The position numbers were made by a program, and so were the translations under genes. A stretch of DNA of 64,000 nucleotides from contig CM119371.1 of the NCBI GenBank assembly GCA_051294905.1, forward strand, positions 18,850,001 to 18,914,000, written 5' to 3'. Under the pieces are notes generated by a model. That model made no database searches, was not told the origin of the DNA, and saw nothing but the letters and a program-made list of their open reading frames with translations. Below, in pieces: positions 21,486-32,700 of this stretch (position 1 is its first letter; each line of letters begins with the position of its first letter). Origin of the DNA: Botryllus schlosseri. Taxonomy: Eukaryota.

Positions 21486-22373
21486 CTAATGGAAGATTCC
21501 CAGCGTGTAGAGATGTTCCTTCTGGCGGCAGAGGATCGGCTTTTGCAGCTTTATAATGGTTGATTCAAGGACCTTTAAATGAAAAAGAGAACGACCACGA
21601 GCAACTATGGAAAACTGATTGATATTGTAATGTTTTGCACACTCTGGGTGTTTCAATAGGTGCTGTCCGATGGCAGAATTACATGCTGTTACTTGGTCAT
21701 AATCATGCATGGTAACTAGGGACTGTGATGATGAAGCAGACATGTCATCACCCTGCGAATTCCTAATTTGACGTGGGACATGTTGACGAATTCTTTGTTG
21801 CAAGCGTTGAGATGTGCGACCCACATACCGACTGTCACATCGGCACGTATATTGGTAAATTATGTAACTCTGATCAATCGCAGGAAGCACATCCTTACGC
21901 GTTGCTGGTAGCAAAGACTTCGTAGTAAATATGACACGGGGTTCCACTTGTGGGAAACAATGACTCACGGAGGACTTAATCTGTTTTTCAAACCTGTTGC
22001 AGGCTGTGCCTATCCACGGGAGATGCAAATAAACTGGGCACCTTCTCGGTCCAAACGGCTTATCTTTGTGGAAATCTTGTATTTTACGTTCAATAGTTAC
22101 TTTGACAATACGCTCAGGATATCCATTGGCAAGGAAAATGGATTTGATAGTATTTATTTCACAATCCAGTTTGTCATTGCTGCAAATCATCAGGGCCCTG
22201 TGTACCAGGGTTCTTATCAAATTGATTTTACGTTTCACAGGGCAAAACGAATCCCATGAAAGATACTGGCCACTGAATGTAGTCTTACGGTAGACAGATG
22301 TAACAAAATTATTGTTCATCTTCTCAACAAAGACATCCAAAAACGGTATCGAATTGTTATTCTCTTTTTTCAA
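21486..22373 (-). CDS. Penelope RT thumb + GIY-YIG endonuclease (continuation after frameshift)
   Basis: IPFLDV, VYRK, NGYP, IIYQYTCRCDSRYVGRT, RIRQH, IGQH, LES. Confidence 0.9.
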   Translation of the reverse strand: MKKENNNSIPFLDVFVEKMNNNFVTSVYRKTTFSGQYLSWDSFCPVKRKINLIRTLVHRALMICSNDKLDCEINTIKSIFLANGYPERIVKVTIERKIQDFHKDKPFGPRRCPVYLHLPWIGTACNRFEKQIKSSVSHCFPQVEPRVIFTTKSLLPATRKDVLPAIDQSYIIYQYTCRCDSRYVGRTSQRLQQRIRQHVPRQIRNSQGDDMSASSSQSLVTMHDYDQVTACNSAIGQHLLKHPECAKHYNINQFSIVARGRSLFHLKVLESTIIKLQKPILCRQKEHLYTLGIFH

Positions 22374-22887
22374 CAGTAAACTTGAGAGAAGGGTGAAGGT
22401 TATTTAATTTGGCCAGAAACAAATCACATTGAGCTTCATTATTAAACATGACAAAAGTGTCATCAACATAGCGATAGTACATCAATGGCCGATCGGCACT
22501 ATCCAACAATCTCTTTTCATGAAACCCCACAAAGATGTTAGCCAAGATGGAGCCGAGTGGAGAACCCATGGCCAAACCATCTGTCTGTTTGTATATGGTG
22601 TTATTAAAACTAAATTCAACACCGCAAGTCGCCATTCGCATAAGTTTTACGAACATGGATTTGGAAAATGGCGGAGACGGAAGCTCACCACCATAAAGTG
22701 CATTGGCGCAGATCTCTATGGTTTCCTCAATAGGGACATTGGTGAAGAGGCTCGATATATCAAAGGAGCTGAGGTATACCTTGGAGGCATCATGATCTAT
22801 ATTATTGATAATATTAGCAAACGTGAACGAGTCCCGAATGCAGTTGTCAACATAGAGCGCACTCACCGGCTTAAGGAATTCCACCAT
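22357..22887 (-). CDS. Penelope-type reverse transcriptase core (fragment, frameshifted)
   Basis: SFDISSLFTNVP, QTDGLAMGSPLG, YYRYVDD. Confidence 0.9.
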   Translation of the reverse strand: MVEFLKPVSALYVDNCIRDSFTFANIINNIDHDASKVYLSSFDISSLFTNVPIEETIEICANALYGGELPSPPFSKSMFVKLMRMATCGVEFSFNNTIYKQTDGLAMGSPLGSILANIFVGFHEKRLLDSADRPLMYYRYVDDTFVMFNNEAQCDLFLAKLNNLHPSLKFTVEKRE

Positions 22888-22981
22888 CCACTTCGTTCGC
22901 GACTTGTGTACTTGTCATTATTACGTCACAACGACAAAATTCTTCCTATATTTCGAACTTGGTTAACCTCATTTTCTGGCG

Positions 22982-23021
22982 TTCACTGCTGAAGAGAGCC
23001 AGACGAAAAGCTTCCAGTGGA
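22982..23021 (+). ncRNA. Minimal type I hammerhead ribozyme in Penelope pseudo-LTR
   Basis: TTCACTG-CTGAAGA-G(AGCCAGA)C-GAAA-AGCT-TC^CAGTGGA. Confidence 0.8.
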
Positions 23022-23083
23022 ATAAATTTACAATATGAGCGTATTGTTTGCTGCAATATTGAAGTTCTGTACTTCGAAAAGCC

Positions 23084-26000
23084 TATTATTGATTCAGGAA
23101 ACGCACAAGATCGATAATGTGGATATACGTAACTGGGCAGCAGATATCGGATTTATTATCTACTTCAACACAAAGAACGAAGTGAGACAATATTCTGGAA
23201 CTGCGATAATGATTAAAGAACATCACGAAGGTAAAATTTTACGCCACTATAGCATGATCGAAAACCGTGCACAATGCCTCTGCATTCAAATTGACAAATG
23301 CCCAATTGCTATAATAAATATTTATGCCCCGTCTGGACAATCCGCAGATGCGAGAAAGTTACGTGACGATTTCCTAATCCAACTAGAATCAGAAATCCAT
23401 GAAATTGAAGTCCCGGTTATAATGGGTGGTGATTTCAACCTAATTATTGACAAAAAAGACACTCGAATTAAACAGAACCTCCATGTTAGAAGCGCCGAGA
23501 GACACTTTGAAAAGCTAACTAACGACGCGGAACTGATTGACGTATTTAGGAGTAAACATCCTCTTGCTGAAGTATTCACTTACGTCACTGGAAAAAACGC
23601 GAGGAGACTAGATCGTTTCTACGCATCTTGTGAACTCATGAGCCATGTCCAGAATGCAGGACATGAAAATAACCTTGTGGCTGACCACATAAGTCCGACA
23701 ATAACACTCGCAATTGAGCCAAGCACTCTATGGGGAAGAAAAAATTGGAAGTGTAATAATGACCTTTTGCGAGATGACGTGTACCGAGATATAATATCTA
23801 ATCTCATAAGCTTTGAGGAGAATAATATTCAGCACTGCCACGGAATACAACAATGGTGGGACAGACTAAAAGATAGAATTGCCAACGTAAGCAAGAGATA
23901 TGAAATAGACAAATATCAAACCTGTGACCCTCAGATAACGTATCAGAGGGTAAAAGGAAAATTGCGCATGTTAACCAAAATTGACCGTTGCGAAGGTGAA
24001 CCTAACACGACGAGACAATTTTGGCAAGAATTGAAGACCAGACGGCGCAAGATCGAGCTTCAAGAACTTCAGCTCAGAGATGGAACGGTAACGACCGACC
24101 GTAATATTATTGCTAACCAGATTGAACAATTTTACACAGAACTGTGGACCCGACACGACGGCACTAATTCGTACGATCAAGACGAATATCTATCCTCGTA
24201 TCAGCAAGACTGCATGCACGGGAAAGACAATGAACAAACATCGGTAATACAATCTAGCGAAATATTACAAATACTGAAAGCAATGAACAGGGAAAGGTCA
24301 CCGGGGTTCGATGGCCTAACAGTGGAATTCTACCTTGCAATGTGGAAAAACATTGGCTCGAGATTAACAGAAATCATAAACAACGCGCTAATATACGGAA
24401 ACTTACCGCATAGTTGGAAACGTGCTAAAATTATTTTGATTCACAAAGGAAAGGACAAAAAGGATTTAGCGAACTGGCGACCCATTTCGCTGTTAAACAC
24501 GGACTACAAAATAATGGCGAAAATTCTCAACAACAGACTGGTTGAGGAGATTTCGAGCAACATCAACATGACACAGAAAGCGGGAATTCCCGGAAGACAA
24601 ATGGACGTGATACACAACAATGTGAGTGCAATTGTTAATTATCATCAAGAAAAACCTTTGGAAGGTTATATAATGACCATAGACGCAAGAAAAGCCTTTG
24701 ATAAGGTCGATCACCAAATGCTGTTCAAAGTGCTTGATAAACTGCCCGTCACGAGAGAAACTCTTAAAGTGATCAAAGCCATATATGATAATCCTATTGC
24801 GACCCTCGAGGTTAACGGCCTCCAAGCAGCAAATGTAAATTGTACGAGGGGCATTAGACAAGGATGTCCTTTGAGTATGACACTATACGCGATTAGCGCA
24901 GACCCTCTAGCCCACAAACTATGCACTAACGACAACATCAGAGGTATCCGAATCGGCGGGATAGAGCATAAATTAGACCAGTTTGCCGATGACGTCACAC
25001 TGTATCTAAGAACAACTGACTCTATTACAGCAGTCCTTAACGAATATCAAAGCTTGCATAGAGTGACAGGTCAAGATATCAACACAGGCAAGACGGAAAT
25101 CCTACCACTGAACGAAAAATCGCGTAACAGATTGCAAAAAACTGAGCACGCACATATGCTAAAGCCAGTAATTAAGATACTGGGCCTATACCACGGAGAA
25201 AGCGAACTGCAAATGAACTTCGACAGACTCTGGCAAGGAGTCGAGAAAAGCGTAAGGCATATTAAATCAAAACGGCTTTCTTGGATTGGTAAAATAACGG
25301 CGATTAAGGCATACATAATTAGCAAAATAACTTATACATATGCCAACAAGCAAATTCCAGACGACAAGCTCAAGCAACTCGAACGCCTCGTCTTCGGCCT
25401 ACTGTGGAGTCCTGAGAAGCTCGAGCAGAAAAGCAGAATGCAACTGATCAGACCTAAGCCAGAAGGAGGGATTGATATGCCAGATATCGAATCTGCAACA
25501 CAAGCAAAGAGAGCAAAAAGACTACAACAACTTAGTCGACTCGAAAACCCGATTGATATCTGGCATGCAGAAGCGATATACAATCTGACAACGAAGGTGA
25601 GAGATATAAATTGCAATTTATACAACAACCTCTACCCTCACAGAAATACATTGACGGAGGAATGGAAGAAGGAAAAGGAAATTTTCGACGTAATTAAAGG
25701 CCAATCACAGGATATACAAGAACTAAGCCAGAAAGAAATGTACAAGATCCTTGTTAAAACGAAGACGCAACAAGGAGGAAGCCGCATGGCGGACTGGAAA
25801 GAGATATGGCTATACCAGCCCAATATCAAAGATCACATTGACAACAAGAAACGTGAGATTTCGTATCGCATTAACACTGAGAGCTACTTTACAGGCTCCA
25901 GAAAAACCAACGCAGGCTGGGTACGAAGAAAAGACGCCTACTTGAAAAACAAATGCAAATTCTGCCAACACGCCGAAGATACTCTGCGCCACACCTTCGC

Positions 26001-26265
26001 CGAATGCGCAACTTACAAAAAACTGTTCTCTCTTGTAATACAGGATCTCGAGAACGACCTGCAAACGACTATTGACGCTACACCCGACGAGATCATACGC
26101 AACGTCTACGACGGACCGCAAGCTCCGACTATAATAAAAGCTTTTATGAACGTGAAAACCCTTGTGTGGGAATGGAAAAACGCACTCGACATACAAAATG
26201 AATACGCCCAAAATATTGACCAACGCATCTCCGATATAAGAAGTAAAATATACCGAATAATTTAA
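23084..26265 (+). CDS. Remainder of copy 3 ORF2 (APE lacking first motif, RT, CCHC), open frame
   Basis: Colinear with 15756-19034 from LLIQET onward. Confidence 0.9.
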
Positions 26266-29200
26266 GCGAGCCATTTAAACGCTTGCGCGATAAATCATAT
26301 TGCATTTATCGACCCACAAAACGCAACCAATCCACCCACAACATATCCAAACCTCCCATCCCACTCTGCCACACCGCTAAACAAACATATATACTCCCCC
26401 AATCTACCCCATCCACCACCACCCCATGCCCTATTCCTACACCACCCACCCCTACCCTATTCCTACCCCACCCACCACCACTCCACCAAATTTATATGAA
26501 AATCACACGCAAACGAGCGCCAAGCACTGGCGGCTCCTTCTACGACCGCGACCTCGAATCGACATCGACTGCTACGATGAGATGAGATGAGACGAGCGAC
26601 TACGAGCGCCAACTTACGATGGCGTCTACTACGACCGCGTATACAAATCCTACTTCGGCAACGGCTGAGACGAGATGACCCGATGATGGGGAAAGTTTTT
26701 TCTTTATGAAATTTTTGAAATTTTATGTACATATTTGAATAAACATCACAAAAACGGTTAGTACTTGCATGGGTGACCGGCAGGGAATACCGGGTGTAGT
26801 ATTAGGCTGCTTTTGCATTTTTGTCGTACAAACTCGATCAATTCGATTGCTGTGCACTATTCTCATATGAACTATCGCGCGAAATTTGTAATTGTAGTCG
26901 GCCTAACGCATTTTCATTATATCGCAAACGCCGTAGAGAAACGGACAATGTCACATAAAACGGCAGAAACTGTCACAATCTGTCGCCTACGACCATACCA
27001 CGTTGAATATACCCGATCTCGTCCGATCTCGGAAGTCAAGCAACGTTGGGCCCGGTTAGTACTTGCATGGGTGACCGGCTGGAAATACCGGGTGTAGTAG
27101 GCGGCTTTTTCATTTTTTTCGCACAAACTCGATCAATTTGATCGCTGCGCTGTATTCACGTATGAAGTATCGCGCGAAATTTGTAATTGTAGTCGGCCTA
27201 ACGCATTTTCATTATATCGCAATCGTCTTAGAGAAACGGACAATGTCACATAAAACGGCAGAAACTGTCTCGATCTGTCGCCTCTACGACCATACCACGT
27301 TGAATATACCCGATCTCGGAAGTCAAGTAACGTTGGGCTCGGTTAGTACTTGCATGGGTGACCGGCTGGGAATACCGGGTGTAGTAGGCGGCATTTTCAT
27401 TTTTTTCGCACAAACTCGATCAATTTGATCGCTGCGCTGTATTCACGTATGAAGTATCGCGCGAAATTTGTAATTGTAGTCGGCCTAACGCATTTTCATT
27501 ATATCGCAATCGTCTTAGAGAAACGGACAATGTCACATAAAACGGCAGAAACTGTCACGATCTGTCGCCTACGACCATACCACGTTGAATATACCCGATC
27601 TCGGAAGTCAAGTAACGTTGGGCCAGGTTAGTACTTGCATGGGTGACCGGCTGGGAATACCGGGTGTAGTAGGCGGCTTTTTCATTTTTTTCGCACAAAC
27701 TCGGTCAATTTGATCGCTGCGCTGTATTCACGTATGAAGTATCGCGCGAAATTTGTAATTGTAGTCGGCCTAACGCATTTTCATTGTATCGCAATAGTCT
27801 TAAAGAAACGGACAATGTCACATAAAACGGCAGAAACTGACAGGATCTGTCGCCTACGACCATACTACGTTGAATATACCCGATCTCGGAAGTCAAGTAA
27901 CGTTGGGCCCGGTTAGTACTTGCATGGGTGACCGGCTGGGAATACCGGGTGTAGTAGGCGGCATTTTAATTTTTTTCGCACAAACTCGATCAATTTGATC
28001 ACTGCGCTGTATTCACGTATGAAGTATCGCGCGAAATTTGTAATTGTAGTCGGCCTAACACATTTTCATGATATCGCAATCTCGTGCTGTTTTGACATGA
28101 CGAAAATTCCAATAAAATAACTACTCTGACAGCGAGAGCTTACTTGTCTGTTTTTCGACCAGACACAAGAACAGAGCAGGACGCCAATGATATTCGACCT
28201 CTAATTGGTCAGAAAGTGCCTCGGCGCAATAAGACTATCTACTATTCTGGCGTCTCGTCGACAGCATGGCGACGGAAATTGTCACATAAAACGGCACAAA
28301 TCGTAACCACTGTCGCCTACGACCATACCACGTTGAATATACCCGATCTCGTCCGATCTCGGATGTCAAGCAACGTTGGGCCCGGTTAGTACTTGCATGG
28401 GTGACCGGCTGGGAATACTGGGTGTAGGTAGGCGGCTTTTGGACTTTTTTCGCACAAACTCGATCAATTTGATTGCACGTACATCTATGAATGTCATCAT
28501 TTGCTGGCCGCCGCTTCTTTCAGCTATGAACTCGCGCTCAATTTGTAGTTGTACGGGGCCGTTTTCAATATATCGCCATCTCGTGCCGTTTTGGCATGAC
28601 GAGAATTGCAATAAAATAAACTCTGACACGGAGAGCTTAAGTTTTATGTGTGTTTTTTGACCAGTTCGTCCGAAAGTGCCTAAGAGCAATCAGACAATCT
28701 GCTTTTCAGGCGTCTCGTTGACAGCGTGGCGACGGAAATTGTCACATAAAACGGCACAGATCGTAACCGCCGTCGCCTACGACCATACCACGTTGAATAC
28801 ACCCGATCTCGTCCGATCTCGGAAGTCAAGCAACGTTGGGCCCGGTTAGTACTTGCATGGGTGACCGGCAGGGAATACCGGGTGTAGTATTAGGCTGCTT
28901 TTGCATTTTTGTCGTACAAACTCGATCAATTCGATTGCTGTGCACTATTCTCATATGAACTATCGCGCGAAATTTGTAATTGTAGTCGGCCTAACGCATT
29001 TTCATTATATCGCAAACGCCGTAGAGAAACGGACAATGTCACATAAAACGGCAGAAACTGTCACAATCTGTCGCCTACGACCATACCACGTTGAATATAC
29101 CCGATCTCGTCCGATCTCGGAAGTCAAGCAACGTTGGGCCCGGTTAGTACTTGCATGGGTGACCGGCTGGAAATACCGGGTGTAGTAGGCGGCTTTTTCA

Positions 29201-29789
29201 TTTTTTTCGCACAAACTCGATCAATTTGATCGCTGCGCTGTATTCACGTATGAAGTATCGCGCGAAATTTGTAATTGTAGTCGGCCTAACGCATTTTCAT
29301 TATATCGCAATCGTCTTAGAGAAACGGACAATGTCACATAAAACGGCAGAAACTGTCACGATCTGTCGCCTACGACCATACCACGTTGAATATACCCGAT
29401 CTCGGAAGTCAAGTAACGTTGGGCCAGGTTAGTACTTGCATGGGTGACCGGCTGGGAATACCGGGTGTAGTAGGCGGCTTTTTCATTTTTTTCGCACAAA
29501 CTCGGTCAATTTGATCGCTGCGCTGTATTCACGTATGAAGTATCGCGCGAAATTTGTAATTGTAGTCGGCCTAACGCATTTTCATTATATCGCAATAGTC
29601 TTAAAGAAACGGACAATGTCACATAAAACGGCAGAAACTGACAGGATCTGTCGCCTACGACCATACTACGTTGAATATACCCGATCTCGGAAGTCAAGTA
29701 ACGTTGGGCCCGGTTAGTACTTGCATGGGTGACCGGCTGGGAATACCGGGTGTAGTAGGCGGCATTTTAATTTTTTTCGCACAAACTCG

Positions 29790-32700
29790 ATCAATTTGAT
29801 CACTGCGCTGTATTCACGTATGAAGTATCGCGCGAAATTTGTAATTGTAGTCGGCCTAACACATTTTCATGATATCGCAATCTCGTGCTGTTTTGACATG
29901 ACGAAAATTCCAATAAAATAACTACTCTGACAGCGAGAGCTTACTTGTCTGTTTTTCGACCAGACACAAGAACAGAGCAGGACGCCAATGATATTCGACC
30001 TCTAATTGGTCAGAAAGTGCCTCGGCGCAATAAGACTATCTACTATTCTGGCGTCTCGTCGACAGCATGGCGACGGAAATTGTCACATAAAACGGCACAA
30101 ATCGTAACCACTGTCGCCTACGACCATACCACGTTGAATATACCCGATCTCGTCCGATCTCGGATGTCAAGCAACGTTGGGCCCGGTTAGTACTTGCATG
30201 GGTGACCGGCTGGGAATACTGGGTGTAGGTAGGCGGCTTTTGGACTTTTTTCGCACAAACTCGATCAATTTGATTGCACGTACATCTATGAATGTCATCA
30301 TTTGCTGGCCGCCGCTTCTTTCAGCTATGAACTCGCGCTCAATTTGTAGTTGTACGGGGCCGTTTTCAATATATCGCCATCTCGTGCCGTTTTGGCATGA
30401 CGAGAATTGCAATAAAATAAACTCTGACACGGAGAGCTTAAGTTTTATGTGTGTTTTTTGACCAGTTCGTCCGAAAGTGCCTAAGAGCAATCAGACAATC
30501 TGCTTTTCAGGCGTCTCGTTGACAGCGTGGCGACGGAAATTGTCACATAAAACGGCACAGATCGTAACCGCCGTCGCCTACGACCATACCACGTTGAATA
30601 CACCCGATCTCGTCCGATCTCGGAAGTCAAGCAACGTTGGGCCCGGTTAGTACTTGCATGGGTGACCGGCAGGGAATACCGGGTGTAGTATTAGGCTGCT
30701 TTTGCATTTTTGTCGTACAAACTCGATCAATTCGATTGCTGTGCACTATTCTCATATGAACTATCGCGCGAAATTTGTAATTGTAGTCGGCCTAACGCAT
30801 TTTCATTATATCGCAAACGCCGTAGAGAAACGGACAATGTCACATAAAACGGCAGAAACTGTCACAATCTGTCGCCTACGACCATACCACGTTGAATATA
30901 CCCGATCTCGTCCGATCTCGGAAGTCAAGCAACGTTGGGCCCGGTTAGTACTTGCATGGGTGACCGGCTGGAAATACCGGGTGTAGTAGGCGGCTTTTTC
31001 ATTTTTTTCGCACAAACTCGATCAATTTGATCGCTGCGCTGTATTCACGTATGAAGTATCGCGCGAAATTTGTAATTGTAGTCGGCCTAACGCATTTTCA
31101 TTATATCGCAATCGTCTTAGAGAAACGGACAATGTCACATAAAACGGCAGAAACTGTCTCGATCTGTCGCCTACGACCATAGCACGTTGAATATACCCGA
31201 TCTCGGAAGTCAAGTAACGTTGGGCCAGGTTAGTACTTGCATGGGTGACCGGCTGGGAATACCGGGTGTAGTAGGCGGCTTTTTCATTTTTTTCGCACAA
31301 ACTCGGTCAATTTGATCGCTGCGCTGTATTCACGTATGAAGTATCGCGCGAAATTTGTAATTGTAGTCGGCCTAACGCATTTTCATTATATCGCAATCGT
31401 CTTAAAGAAACGGACAATGTCACATAAAACGGCAGAAACTGACAGGATCTGTCGCCTACGACCATACTACGTTGAATATACCCGATCTCGGAAGTCAAGT
31501 AACGTTGGGCCCGGTTAGTACTTGCATGGGTGACCGGCTGGGAATACCGGGTGTAGTAGGCGGCATTTTCATTTTTTGTGCGCAAACTCGATCAATTTGA
31601 TCGCTGCGCTGTATTCACGTATGAAGTATCGCGCGAAATTTGTAATTGTAGTCGGCCTAACACATTTTCATGATATAGCAATCTCGTGCTGTTTTGACAT
31701 GACGAAAATTCCAATAAAATAACTACTCTGACAGCGAGAGCTTACTTGTCTGTTTTTCGACCAGACACAAGAACAGAGCAGGACGCCAATGATATTCGAC
31801 CTCTAATTGGTCAGAAAGTGCCTCGGCGCAATAAGACTATCTACTATTCTGGCGTCTCGTCGACAGCATGGTGACGGAAATTGTCACATAAAACGGCACA
31901 AATCGTAACCACTGTCGCCTACGACCATACCACGTTGAATACACCCGATCTCGTCCGATCTCGGAAGTCAAGCAATGTTGGGCCCGGTTAGTACTTGCAT
32001 GGGTGACCGGCTGGGAATACCGGGTGTAGGTAGGCGGCTTTTGCATTTTTTGTGCGCAAACTCGATCGTTTTGATTGTAACTGTTTTGTATGCGCACGTA
32101 GGCCTACGTACAACTATGATTGTCATCATTTGCTGGCCGCCGCTTATTTCAATTGGTAGTTATACTAGGCCTGACACATTGTCATTATATCGAAATCTCG
32201 TGCTGTTTTCACATGACGAAAAGTGCAATAAAATAACTACTCTGACAGCGAGAGCTTACTTGTGTGTTTGTCGACAAGATACAAGAACAGAGCAGGATGC
32301 CAACGATATTCGACCACTGGCAGATGGGTCGAAAATGCCCCGGCGCAATCAGACAATGTGCTTTTCTGGCGTCTCGTCGACAGCATGGCGACGGAAATTG
32401 TCACATAAAACGGCACAGATCGTAACCGCTGTCGCCTACGACCATACCACGTTGAATACACCCGATCTCGTCCGATCTCGGAAGTCAAGCAATGTTGGGC
32501 CCGGTTAGTACTTGCATGGGTGACCGGCTGGGAATACCGGGTGTAGGTAGGCGGCTTTTGCACTTTTGTCGCACAAACTCGATCAATTCGATTGCTGTGC
32601 ACTATTCTCATATGAACTATCCCGCGGAATTTGTAATTGTAGTCGGCCTAACGCATTTTAATTATATCGCAATCGCCTTATGCTTAGAGAAACGAACAAT

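Larger units (their letters stand above)
21247..23083 (-). mobile_element. Penelope-like retroelement, 5'-truncated, with inverted pseudo-LTR
   Basis: 13-bp TSD TATTATTGATTCA (21234-21246 / 23084-23096); 170-bp inverted repeat 21243-21412 / 22894-23063; RT + GIY-YIG coding sequence. Confidence 0.93.
19948..26754 (+). mobile_element. 5S-targeting L1/Tx1-clade retrotransposon, copy 3 (5'-truncated within ORF1, interrupted by a Penelope-like element)
   Basis: Colinear with copy 2 from TACTTCGTAAGGGG; 3' end AATAAACATCACAAAAA joins 5S nt 69 at 26755. Confidence 0.95.
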
